From Euprymna scolopes (lineage: Eukaryota), in the NCBI GenBank assembly GCA_053919585.1, contig CM132794.1: 64,000 nt of DNA; one strand, 5' to 3'. This document shows, in pieces, positions 12,446 to 25,084 of the stretch; position 1 is the stretch's first letter, and every line of letters begins with the position of its first letter. The notes under the pieces are model-generated. The model did no database searches and was not told the DNA's origin. It saw only the letters and a list, made by a program, of their open reading frames with translations. The translations under genes were made by a program, and so were the position numbers.

Positions 12446-13410
12446 AAATATTTTTTGTACTCTTCTTAGGAAAAAAAACTGCTTTTGGCAAAGTTGCGTT
12501 TTTTTATTTCTGGCATGGGTATAATTCGATTTTGGTGTTTTTATGTGTGTATTTTTACATTTCATAATATTTGTGGATTCGTTTTTTTTGTTCTGTGATC
12601 ATTTTTTCAGTTTCTTCGTAACTTCTGAGTGCTACCTTGAATTGGCTGAAAATCATGGGTTTTTCTTTCTGGGTTATCACGGTGGTAAATGGCTTGAAAT
12701 CACTCGGTAATCACTTAAGGACAATGGAAATTAACAGACTGTCATTTATAACTTCACCAGACATTTTTAAAAAATTTGCAGTTGTCTCGGCTCTTATAAT
12801 ATTATCAGTAATAGTTTTGGCTTTCATTCGTTTTAGAGAGGTCAAGTCAGTGTATAAAGATATAATTTGGGGTTTTCCTTTCGATACACAATGCTCTCTC
12901 AATATGTTCAATGCTTTGCAGCCGTCGTCCAGGGCTTCTCTCATTACCAATGATAGACTTCGGTCATCTAAACACTGTATTAATTCCGCAAAGACAGTTG
13001 CGTTCTTTTCAATGAAGTCGGGGTCGTTTCAGTTTTCAGGTTGTGTTTCTAGTACTTTGTGTAGCTTTTGGATTCGTAGATATCCCAGAAATTTAACTTG
13101 CCACAATTCGAATTTTGATTCGGATCCTTCGAAATAAAGACGCACACTGGGCCCATAACCTCTAGAAGTGTAAGCCATTTTGAGTTTCAGAACAGTTTCA
13201 GATGGTTCGCTGTTACACACAAGTCCTGGGAGGTGACTTGTTCGTAGTAGACAGTCCCACAGAACAAAATATTCTTACCGCGTCGAAACCCTGGAAAAGA
13301 ACATGTGAAACTGCTCCAGAAAAGGTTTAATATTTATGAAGCAATTCTGGTTTCTGATTGGTTGGTAGCAGAACGTGAATTAATTTGATTCGTCGGTTCT
13401 TAGCAGCATC
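12346..13410 (-). mobile_element. Ty1/Copia remnant: putative 5' LTR, PBS and gag, truncated after the zinc knuckle
   Basis: Copia-type PBS GGTTATGGGCCCAG (13147-13160). Gag reads FELWQVKFLGYLR...FAELIQCLDDRSL...GKPQIISLYTDLTSLK, with a CCHC knuckle CYNCGRHNHKSFQC. Putative LTR at ~13161-13408. Confidence 0.85.
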
Positions 13411-14660
13411 GTTTATAAATAGAATCGTCCGACTGTGTGGGATCATACCCCAATTACAACTTTTTATCCCCAACCCCCCCACATCATGTATATATATTTG
13501 TAACTTTCGGGTTTAAAGTAGGATGTCCACAGAGTGATTTTGGTATTTTGGTGAAAGAGTCTAGATAAGTTAACGTTATGTTAGTTAGGTCAACATTAAC
13601 CCCCACCCCCTTTTTCGGCCTTGTGCCACATTTTTATTTGTATTTTTGTCAAATAAAATAAATATTTACCCCAATTACAACTCCAAAATATTGCAACATA
13701 ATTCATATATTTTAGGATCATAAAGTACATGTATAGACATCTAGCGTATTCATATACTTTCATGCACATTAACAAGTGGAACATAACTACAACCTGTGCG
13801 CTTGTAGTGAAATTTGTACTATATAATTTCGGTTAAATGAATTTACCGACAATAAGAGTTAATCAATTTTCAGTGGGTTATAAAGAAATAATATGGAAGT
13901 AACGCGGTTAACCATACGTGAAAAATTTGTATTCGAGAATATGCCTAAAATCTTAAGCTTTATCGGTTTTAACTTTTTTACTATGTAAATCATTTATTAG
14001 CTCACTGTAGTTTGACATTGTTTAATGTTCAAAATCGGATTTCTAAACAAATTGAAACAAAGAAAATTATGCTGTTTACTTTTTTTCAGAAATATTTAAT
14101 TCAGACAAGTGTCAATAATAAGTATATTCTTTTTGAGAGCAAATAATAGTTAATTTTTTCCATAGTTGCTTAAAGGTCGACGTTTCCCCATATACATTTT
14201 CACGTATGCAAATAGTACCAGGTATTTCCCAGGCGAAATGTAGCTAAAATTTGTAAGGCTAATAAAAACTAGTAGGTAAAACTGAGTATGCTATAACGAG
14301 GGCTATTTTTCATAATATTACAGTAATGATATTTTTAGAAAATGTCAAAATGTTTTAGTAAAAAAAACAGTATACAAACGCAGTGTAGTATATATTTTTG
14401 AAATTATATAACAGTTTGGATGCATTAAATGCCCAGGAAAATACCCTATTTTCGAGCAAACAATCCCGTTTTCAAACCTTAAATTACAGTTAGCTTAAAG
14501 TTTAATATTTTCTTGGAATATCACAGTAGATCTTGTTGTTGAACATTTCCAGTAGACACTTTAACTTTAACGGTATTTCATGGCTTCAGAGCATTTATAC
14601 GTTATTACCCGTATATTGTGTTTCAGAAATTCGACTGAGTCTTGCCAATGTCATCATACG

Positions 14661-14749
<89 letters not shown>

Positions 14750-14751
<2 letters not shown>

Positions 14752-15393
14752 GAATGTGTATTTTGATCTGGCAGAACGGTAGTTAATTAAAATTGTGGGG
14801 TCTGCGTTCGCGCCTGGTCCACAATGTATGGAAATAAAAAAATCACAATAAAAAAAACTTTTACAAGTGTTTTTGATATAGATGTACATAAAAATAATTT
14901 GATAAGTATGTTTTAACTTAAATAGGTATGGTATAATAAAATTGTGGTGTCTGCGTTCGGGCCTGACCTCAATAGACTGGAAATAGGCACACACTTTAAT
15001 AAATATTTTCATATCTATTTGCGTAAGTATACTTTGATAATTATGTTTCAGTTTGTAGACATATGGTATAATAAAATTATGGGGTGGTCGTTCGCGCCTG
15101 ACTTTCATAGAATGGAAATATGTCACAAAGGTTAACAAGGTTTTTCTTTTTAATATAGACCCACATAATATTGTGATAAGTGTTTCAATGTGAACAGGTA
15201 TGGTATAATAAATTATGGGGTTTATCTATTTCATATTTACTTTTATCATATTTTGCTTTGGTTTTGATACCCCCAAATTGGAAGAAATCTCTTTACAACA
15301 CTTCCGTTTGATGACCTATCATACTTTCATCAATCAGAGTGCATTTTCTCTAGGCTGTTTTTGAACCCAGTCAGCGACTGATACTTATGCTAG
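14750..15393 (+). mobile_element. Non-autonomous Helitron-like element (family 2)
   Basis: Three to four ~140-bp subrepeats (aaaattgtggggtctgcgttcgcgcctg). 3' hairpin CAGTC-agc-GACTG, then CTAG-T. Flanked by microsatellites. Related copy at 42731-45793. Confidence 0.7.
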
Positions 15394-15454
<61 letters not shown>

Positions 15455-16064
15455 GAAACAGAATGGAGTTTGAAGGACGTGAATACTCAGCGTTTCGCCC
15501 GATTTATGCGGTTTGTTTAAAGAGGGATTATTATTGACGAGAAAGTCGGAAGAGTTGGGGCTATATATAATATTGGGGGAGAGCAGCGTGTTGCCCTTAT
15601 GGAAATTAAATATCTTTGTGCATATATACATTTCATGAGAGAAAATAAATTAAAATAAACTAGCGTAGTGTATTACGTCTAGAAGTTAATATGACGTAGA
15701 GATTTAAAAGATTGCGTCTGGAAATATAACCGTGATAGATTAAGAAAATAAAATGAAACAAGGTTACGAAGGGAGTTTGAAAAAAATTGAAATAATTGCA
15801 GAGGGTAGTAGCTTAAAAGATGGCGCCTAAATATAGGAATAGGAGATGATAAAATGGAGTCTAAAAATAGACAATGATAAAATAAAATTTAAAGAAACCA
15901 TTCGTAATATCACTGCATTTTATTATTTTTATTTTACTTATTTCTGTATTTTATCTGAAACCTCATTTACGTTCCTGTGCATGGAGTTTACAAGAGTTCC
16001 ACGTAGCGAATGGAATGCTCTTCCATTCTTCAATTACGAGTCGCGTAGATGGCGGACATTTGAG

Positions 16065-16829
16065 ATTTGTTGACCTCCCCATTTTGCTTTAGGATGCTCC
16101 AAAGATTTTGTTTTGACTTCACGTCTGGACACCTACTTGGCCTGCCCATCACAGTTACCCTCAGCCACTTAGGAAACGCTGTGGTTGTCTTGGATGTGTG
16201 TTTTATGGCATTGGCATGTGACCCAGTGTATGGAGGGTAGAATATACTGTTTTGCTGCATTTTTGAACAGCACATGTTTGATTTCAGGTTTCACTCAATG
16301 AAATGTAACTCTCCAATACCGGCAGCACTCATTCACCCCCATACTATGACATTCATACCAACATGCTTTACTGTAGGCATAACACACTTATCTTAGTACT
16401 CCGCACCTGGTCGCCGCCACACATGTTTAAAGTCCTCAGAACCAAACGAATAAAACTTCGTCTCATCAGACAACAGGACATGGTTCCAGTATTCTATGGG
16501 TTTTGTAGACATACCCTCAACAAACTCTTATCTGGGTGTCTTGTGTATTGCCTTCAGAAGAGTCTTTCCCCGTAGAGTACAGCCATGCACACTAATTTGA
16601 TGTAGTGTGCGCTGTATGGTCTTTACACTAATAGGGTGGGTGCCAACATCTTTAATCTCAGCAGCAATGGAAACAGCACTCCTACATCGATCTTTCAAAG
16701 AAAGCTTTTGGATGTGACGCTCACCACGTTCACTCAGCTTCTTTGGACGACCGACCCGAGGCCTCTTCTGAGTGAACCCTGCTCTTTTAAAAAGCTGGAT
16801 GATCTTAGCCACTGTGCTAGAGCTCAGTT
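16065..16829 (-). mobile_element. Tc1 transposase relic (central part)
   Basis: AKIIQLFKRAGFTQKRPRVGRPKKLSERG (GRPK motif) and PSRCPDVKSKQNLWSILK (degenerate SPDLNPIEHLW). Confidence 0.9.
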
Positions 16830-18699
16830 AAAAAATATGCAAGAGAGCTATATGCCCAGTCTGTTAAATCCAAGGTAGCTGATCAGCGGCTTGGTTCCCA
16901 CCAGTTTTGGCAAATAAAAAATAAGATCCTGAACAGAAGTGTGCGTTCTAACCCAACTATTATCAATGGACCAGAGGTCATCTCGTCAGCGTCAGATAAG
17001 GCCAAACTATTTGCAAAGAACTTTGCAGCTAATTCAACCCTATGCGACGAAGCCCATCAACTCCCCATATTTCTTCCTATAACACAGAACAAGCTAGGTA
17101 ACATACAAATATCCGTGCATGACGTCGCCAAGCTAATCAAGAACCTAGATTCCAGTACACCAACTGGCCCTGATGGCATCCCAATTATAGTGTTAAAAAA
17201 GTTTCAACCAGAACTTGCTCCCATACTTACGAAACTATTTAAGCGCTTCCTTAAGGAGAAGTGCTTTCCGACTCCCTAGAAGACATCATCAGTTTTCCCT
17301 GTATTTAAGAATTCAGGTGATAAGTCATCTCCCTCTCAGTACAGACCAATGAGTCTCCTGTGTGTTATGAGTAAGTTGCTGGAATCCATATTAAATAGAA
17401 AAATAGTCAACCACCTCAGCAGGATTAACCTTCTTAGTGACACACACTATGGTTTCCGCTCTGCAAGATCTACCGCAGATGTGCTGACGGTTATATACCA
17501 CAGGTTTAGTTAATCTCTTGACAAAGGCTTCCTTTCTAGGGCAATTGCTCTTGACATATCAAAGGTCCTCGACAATGTATGGCATAAGGGTCTACTTCAC
17601 AAGATTTCCAGCTACGGTATAACTGGAAATGTTTTCTCAATCATTAAATCATTTCTCTCCGATAGGCTCATAAGAGTAGTGGTAGATGGACAAAAATCGG
17701 AGGCCTGCAATATAAATGCTGGGCCCAACTCTCTTCCTCCCTAAACACATACTTAAATAATTCGTTGACATCTATGCTGATGACACTACCATCTACGGCA
17801 ACACATCAAAGGCTGTAAATGACAAAGTTCTCTCTTATTCTCTCTCCTCTGATCTCGAGCGCGTGGTTCAGTGGGGGAAGTCGTGGCTGGTTACTTTCAA
17901 TGCATCCAAAACCAAACTTACGTCATCAACACTCTGATCCCCATCTGGCATCAATTGTGATAGATGGCTCTCGTCTTGGTGAGACCCCGGGTTTTGACAA
18001 GCTTCTGGGTTTGGCCTTTACTCATGATCTGAAATCGAACACGCACATCAAGTCTGTTGCCAAGGTCGCTGGAAACATGGTGGATCCTTCTACCTCTCCA
18101 GAAGATATCTCACTACTGATACAATTCTCTATCTATATAAAAGCCAAGTACGTCCAAGGATGGAATACTGTTGCTATATCTGGGCAGGAGCTGCTAAAAA
18201 GCCTATCCTGCCTTGACAGAGTACAAAATAGACTTCGTGGCTTAGTGGGGGATGCCCTTTTCTCTACCCTGCAACCTCTCTCCCACAGAAGAGACGTTGC
18301 GAGCCTATCTTTGTTTTATCGTTATTTCCATGGAAGGTGCTCGTCTGAACTCCAATGCCTGGTCCCCCGTCGCCAATCTTTCACGAAAAACACCCGTCTA
18401 GCTGAATCCACTGTGAAAAATTTCCCCCACTCTATATATGTGCCTAAATCAAAACGCGGATTCTATGAACAAAGCTTCTTTCTTAGAACTGCACGCCTGT
18501 GGAACTCTGTTCAGTCTGCCTGCTTCTCACCGGACTTCAACTTTGATGTCTTCAAGTCCAACGTTAACAAATTCCTAATGAACCGCCCCTTAAGTAAACA
18601 CTTCATCAAATCTTCACACTAACGTAATGTACTTGCAATAACCCTTATCCCTGAGTTGCTTCCGGGCCTTGATAAGTAGTGATCACTGTGTAAAACAAA
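16830..18699 (+). mobile_element. 5'-truncated CR1/Zenon-like LINE (RT pseudogene) inserted in the Tc1
   Basis: TGPDGIP...PELAPILTKLF; YRPMSL; YGFRSARST; ALDISK; YADD at 17773-17784; LQPLSHRRDVASLSLFYRYFHGRCS. Contains stops and frameshifts; A-rich 3' end. Confidence 0.92.
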
Positions 18700-19106
18700 A
18701 TGTTTATACAGTCTTATTGTAGACTTATTTGTAAGATCCTCAGGACTTCCTTGCCACGTGGTTCCATGTTGGAACTTTCAGTTACTGGTAGTAGATTGTG
18801 AGAGCTGCACTACAAATTTGAATACACATCTCCGCATGAACACAGGGCATAGTAACACTAATGTGTCACATGTTATTTTGGAGAAAAAAGTACTCAAGGT
18901 ATTTAATGGTGTATTTTCTTTTAAGATTGTACTCCCTTTTAAGACGTGTAGTTTCATAGAGATGTACTTACTTTTAGTGCTATATTTTTAGTAATTTTGA
19001 TGGAAAAATCAATTAACACTGCTATATATGTTGTAGACAGACTATTTTTCATTACTAAAACATTTGACGAAATGTGAGGCGTATACTCACTTTTGTGATA
19101 CATTTT
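18700..19106 (-). mobile_element. Tc1 5' end: transposase start and terminal inverted repeat
   Basis: Minus strand ATGGAACCACGTGGCAAGGAAG (MEPRGKE). The terminus aatgtatcacaaaagtgagtatacgcctcacatt resembles a Tc1 TIR and abuts (TA)n. Confidence 0.75.
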
Positions 19107-19125
19107 ATATATATATATATATATA

Positions 19126-19175
<50 letters not shown>

Positions 19176-19984
19176 CATTATTATTATTATTAAACAATAA
19201 ATTGCGGGACGAGTATACAACTGCTGTTTTGAGTTTCCACGAACATACTTGATCACATCGGTTAGCACAAGACTCCTTGTAGTATCATAATACATTTTTA
19301 AATTAAAATTTGCCGTTAAGCAACACGAAGAGCTCTTATTTTTTATTATCAATTATTTCGTATCTAAAGTTTAAAGGTTATTCTGTCACTTGTCCTACTT
19401 CAGTTCTACTTATCTACTTTTAAACTCCTTTTCATTTGAACCCTATATTTAAAAAATGATGTCTTTCATTATGAGAACTATTAATTCTATGTGTAAGATT
19501 GTACTCCGAAATTCACTACAGCAGTTTTCTATATAAACTTTTAATTTCTTCTTTAACCTCGGAATTTATTTATTTTTTTCTAAAGGATATATTACGAAAC
19601 TCTTTTTGGAATTAATAAACATCCCACCTATTACGAATTTATGGATATCACAAAATAGTTATAACCACACATATTTTACGTCGATAAGTATTAACTTTCA
19701 TTCTGTCTATAAACTTATAATCTTCTTTCAATTTGTATTCTGCACTGTTTTTTAAAAAAAATCAGTTAATCAGCAGAAATAGATACTTATATATAAAACG
19801 TTTGGTAATGTTTTCCTTACATTGTAAACTTTATTCTACAAGATATTNNNNNNNNNNNNNNNNNNNNNNNNNNNNNNNNNNNNNNNNNNNNNNNNNNNNN
19901 NNNNNNNNNNNNNNNNNNNNNNNNNNNNNNNNNNNNNNNNNNNNNNNNNNNNNNNNNNNNNNNNNNNNNNNNNNNNNNCGAGAG

Positions 19985-21063
19985 AAATATGTATATTTAA
20001 ATAAGGGGGGGCGTCAACAACAATGTGTATTTTTTAACATTATTTTGTTACTCCCTGTTTTATTTTTTATTGAAAATTATGTGTAGATCATTGTAATAAT
20101 GTTTTTAAATCATTATAATCGTTTTCAACGCGTTTCAAACGTCATGTGAAGCCTCCTCTTCAGAAAGTATTTAAAATAAAGAATATTTACTATATACTTT
20201 GGATGGGTTTAAAATGAAATATAACATTTTCGTAATTCATTTGAAATGTACCGAGCGATGGAAACATGTGTGAATGAGTTTACTTTACATACTCTATGTT
20301 CAATTTTTATTACTTGTTCGCTGGGCTGGAATGTGGTCACTGTTGTCTTATGTTTCTCTCTCCCCTCCCCCTCTCTCTCTTTTTCTGCTTGTGTTTCTAT
20401 TTATCTTTCTTTGTTTTTTCTCATTTTCCCCCTTTTTTACTCTTACTTCCTGTGAGGTGATTGCCCCATTGGTACTTGGTCAACTGAGTGAATACGGTAT
20501 TGTGTGTGTGTGTTTCCTTGTAATGGTTTTAAGAATGGGTTCTGTTTTATAGTATTGTAATGTTATTTGCTTTCCCAGGAGGGCGACCATGATCCAACGT
20601 CGTTACTAATGTGTGAGTGTGTGTGTAGAGGGGGGCACTCCTCTGAGATAAGGGTAGGGGTGTTTTCATTCAATTTTGATATTTATTTTTTTGGATTCTT
20701 AGATTTAAGTATTGTGCTTTTTGTTTCAGTCTTTGACTGTTCGTGCATACTTAATATTATGTTTGTTTAGATAAAGAGGCGAATGTATAAATATACGAAG
20801 GGGATGTTTTGTTTCTATTTATGGTATGGTCAGATCCAGGATCGGTTCTTAGTGTGGGAAGGTCGCGTTCCCCAGAGGGGAGGGGCACTTGAAGGGTTAT
20901 AAGTATGGGAGAAAGGATGATAGTTATCTCAGTCATGAAGAATTTCTCCTCCACTGCATGAGGGGGGTAGGTGTTGGAACAGATACTACATTATAGTTGA
21001 AGGTGGAAAATGAGAAAACACAAAGAAAGATAAATAGAAACACAAGCAGAGGGAGAGAGAGGG

Positions 21064-21099
<36 letters not shown>

Positions 21100-21454
21100 G
21101 GAAACCTAAGACAGCAGTGATCACAGTCCATCCAAACGAACCAGTAATAAAAATTGAACGTACGAGTGAAAAGTAGAATAATTCACACATGTTAACACCG
21201 CTCGGGAAAATTTCAAATGAACTACGAAAGTGTTATTTTACGTTTTATACACATCTTTAGTATATTCTAAATATCTTACATTTTTAATACCTCCTGAGGA
21301 GGACGCTTCAAAGAACGTTTCAAACGCGTTAAAACGATTTAAATGATTTAAACACAGTATTACAATGATCTACACATAACTTTTAAATGAAACACTAAAA
21401 CACGGAATAATAAAAAGTGTTAAAAAAATAAACATTGTTGGTGATCCCCCTTAT

Positions 21455-21460
<6 letters not shown>
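19985..21460. mobile_element. Non-coding PLE derivative with ~450-bp inverted arms (copy 1)
   Basis: ~19995-20430 is the reverse complement of ~21003-21458 (~80%). The body resembles the PLE tail at 28890-29890. Hammerhead-like cores in both arms. Confidence 0.75.
20123..20167 (-). ncRNA. Putative minimal type-I hammerhead ribozyme (family A)
   Basis: Minus strand: CTTT CTGAAGA GGAGG cttcacatga CGTTT GAAA CGCGT T GAAA. The CUGANGA, GAAA and UH core is present with palindromic stem III (ACGCGT). Stems I and II are weak. Confidence 0.6.
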
Positions 21461-21526
<66 letters not shown>

Positions 21527-22709
21527 TCCTTTCGTCGTCCATGAGTTATTGCATGGATTGTACAGGGTAAACTTCTCCGTTATACAAAGCGACTTTCATC
21601 TGGAAATCAAAACTCTCAAGCTGAGTTATATAGCATATAAACGTTGGTATAAATCATTATTATATCTTTATTTCGGCATTGATAATTTTATTATAGATAT
21701 AGATAAAGCAATATATTTTTCTGATGATCAACACCTGTTTTTATTCATTCCGTTGTATAGTCCATTGACGGAAACGTATCTCGTCTTTTGGATCGGAAAG
21801 CAATTATTTATGTAATCATGTTTAAAATCATGTTAAATTATGTGTATATATGCGCTCCTATGTACGATCAGATATGTAACAGATTAATATAAATAGAAAA
21901 AACGACTATGTTTAAGTCTGCGCGCGCAAAATTATGTGAGAATACGGTTATTGGAATAATTTACATTATCTTCGATTTAATCGGACATGATGCAGTAAGC
22001 ACGTGACAAAATACGCACGCCATATCGAGTTCAGGAATCTGAACAAATGATTTTAATTAAAAGCAAAAAAAAAAAAAAAGTGCGACCGTCTTATGTAAAG
22101 ATATTCTATGTAAAATAGCATTCTTTGAATATAGGACCGCTATTAAGTAACCAGCTCTGAATTTACTAATTATGTGTACATATACCAGTATAAATGAACT
22201 TGATTTGCTGAAAATATTTACAATTAAAAGTGATTTGTNNNNNNNNNNNNNNNNNNNNNNNNNNNNNNNNNNNNNNNNNNNNNNNNNNNNNNNNNNNNNN
22301 NNNNNNNNNNNNNNNNNNNNNNNNNNNNNNNNNNNNNNNNNNNNNNNNNNNNNNNNNNNNNNNNNNNNNNNNNNNNNNNNNNNNNNNNNNNNNNNCTGCC
22401 TTTTCCGGGCCCTATNNNNNNNNNNNNNNNNNNNNNNNNNNNNNNNNNNNNNNNNNNNNNNNNNNNNNNNNNNNNNNNNNNNNNNNNNNNNNNNNNNNNN
22501 NNNNNNNNNNNNNNNNNNNNNNNNNNNNNNNNNNNNNNNNNNNNNNNNNNNNNNNNNNNNNNNNNNNNNNNNNNNNNNNNNNNNNNNNNNNNNNNNNNNN
22601 NNNNNNNNNNNNNNNNNNNNNNNNNNNNNNNNNNCTAAAAATTTTATGTTCAGAGCCAAAAATGCTTGAGGCGTTTTATAAAGTAATGTGTTTAAGGGGT
22701 TAAGAGAGA

Positions 22710-23078
22710 AATATGTATATTTAAATAAGGGGGGGGGGGCGTCACCAACAATATGTATTTTTTAACATTATTTTTTACTCCCTGTTTTATTTTTTAATTC
22801 AAAATTATTTGTAGATCATTGTAATAATGTTTTTAAATCATTATAATCATTTTCAACGCGTTTCAAACGTTCTGTGACGCCTCCACTTCAGAAAGTATTT
22901 AAAATAAATAATATTTAGAATATACTTTGGATGTGTTTAAAATGTAAAATAACATTTTCGTAATTCATTTGAAATGTTCCGAGCGATGGAAACATGCTCG
23001 AATGAGTTTCCTTTACATACTCTATGTTCAATTTTTATTACTTGTTCGCTGGGGTGGACTGTGGTCACTGCTGTCTTA

Positions 23079-23139
<61 letters not shown>

Positions 23140-23823
23140 TTGTCTTTCTATTTATCTTTCTTTGTTTTTTTTCTCATTTTCCCCATTTTTTACTCTTACA
23201 TCTTGTGAGGTGATGGGCCCATTGGTACTTGGTAAACTGGGTGAATACGGTATTGTGTGTGTGTGTTTCCTTGTAATGGTTTAAAGAATGGGTTCTGTTT
23301 TATAGTATTATAATGTTATTTGCTTCCCTAGGAGGGCGACCATGATCCAACGTCGTTACTAATGTGTGTGTGTGTGTGTGTGTGTGAAGAGGGGGGCACT
23401 CCTCTGAGATATGGGGAGGGGTGTTTTCATTCAATTTTGATATTTATTTTTTTGGATTCTTAGATTTTAGTATTGTGCTTTTTGTTTCAGTCTTTGACTG
23501 TTCGTGCATACTTAATATTATGTTTGTTTAGATAAAGAGGCGAATGTATAAATATACGAAGGGGATGTTTTGTTTCTATTTATAGGATGGTCAGATCCAG
23601 GATCCGTTCTTAGTGTGGGAAGGTCGCGTTCCCCAGAGGGGAGTGGCACTTGGAGGATTATTGGTATGGGAGAAAGGATGATAGTTATCTCAGTCATGAA
23701 GAATTTCTCATCCACTGCCTGAGGGAGGCAGGTGTTGGAATAGATACTGCATTATAGTTGTATGTGGAAAATGAGAAAACACAAAGAAAGATAAATAGAA
23801 ACACAAGCAGAGGGAGAGAGAGG

Positions 23824-23856
<33 letters not shown>

Positions 23857-24212
23857 GGAAACCTAAGACAGCAGTGATCACAGTCCATCCAAACGAACCA
23901 GTAATAAAAATTGAACGTACGAGTGAAAAGTAGAATCATTCACACATGTTTCCACCGCTCGGGAAAATTTCAAATGAACTACGAAAATGTTACTTTACGT
24001 TTTATACACATCTTTAGTATATTCTAAATATCTTAAATTTTTAATACCTCCTGAGGAGGACGCTTCAAAGAACGTTTCCAACGCGTTAAAAACGATGTAA
24101 ATGATTTAAACACAGTATTACAATGATCTACACATAACTTTTAAATGAAACACTAAAACACGGAATAATAAAATAGTGTTAAAATAAACATTGTTGGTGA
24201 CCCCCCCTTATT

Positions 24213-24216
<4 letters not shown>
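22710..24216. mobile_element. Non-coding PLE derivative with inverted arms (copy 2)
   Basis: Duplicate of 19985-21460. Hammerhead cores are mutated (CTGAAGT at ~22884-22890; GAAA changed to CCAA at ~24078). Confidence 0.75.
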
Positions 24217-24284
<68 letters not shown>

Positions 24285-25012
24285 TTCCTTTCCTCGGTGA
24301 GTTATTGGCATGGATTGAACAGGGTAAACTTCTCCGTTATACAAAGCGACTTTCATTTGGAAATCAAAACTCTCAAGCTGAGTTATATAGCATATAAATG
24401 TTGGTATATATCATTATTATATCTGTATTTAGGCATTGATAATTTTATTATAGATATAGATAAAGCAATATATTTTTCTGATGATCAACACCTGTTTTTA
24501 TTCATTCAGTTGTATAGACCATTGACGGAAACGTATCTCGTCTTTTGGATCGAAAAGCAATTATTTATGTAATCATGTTTAAAATAATATTAAATTATGT
24601 GTATATATTCGCTCCTATGTACGATCAGATATGCAACATATGAATATAAATAGGAAAACGACTATGTTTAAGTTTGTGCGCGCAAAATTATGTGAGAATA
24701 CGGTTATTGGAATAATTTACATTATCTTCGATTTTGTCGAACATGATGCAGTAAGCACGTGACAAAAGTACGCATGTTATATCGAGTTCAGATATCTGAA
24801 CAAATGATTTTAATTAAAAGCAAAAAAAAAAAAAAGTGCGACGGTCTCATGTAAATATATTCTATGTAAAATAGCATTTTTTGAATATAGGACTGTTATT
24901 GTGTAACCAGCTCTGAATTTACTAATTATGTGTGCATATACCAGTATAAATGAACTTGATTTGCTGACAATATTTACAATTAAAAGTGATTTATAAATGT
25001 AAACACATTATG

Positions 25013-25083
<71 letters not shown>

Positions 25084-25084
<1 letters not shown>

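Noticed and set aside
12637-13137. 166-aa hydrophobic plus-strand ORF
   Set aside because: It is the antisense frame of Copia gag.
13447-13682. 15-bp direct repeat accccaattacaact
   Set aside because: No TIR or TSD could be defined; not enough for an element call.
14750-15240. Regularly spaced repeats suggestive of a CRISPR array
   Set aside because: The whole ~140-bp unit repeats with no unique spacers, in a eukaryotic Helitron context with no cas genes.
22057-22703. Long ORFs spanning N runs, and YIYIYI/SLSLSL ORFs throughout the window
   Set aside because: Artefacts of gaps and microsatellites.
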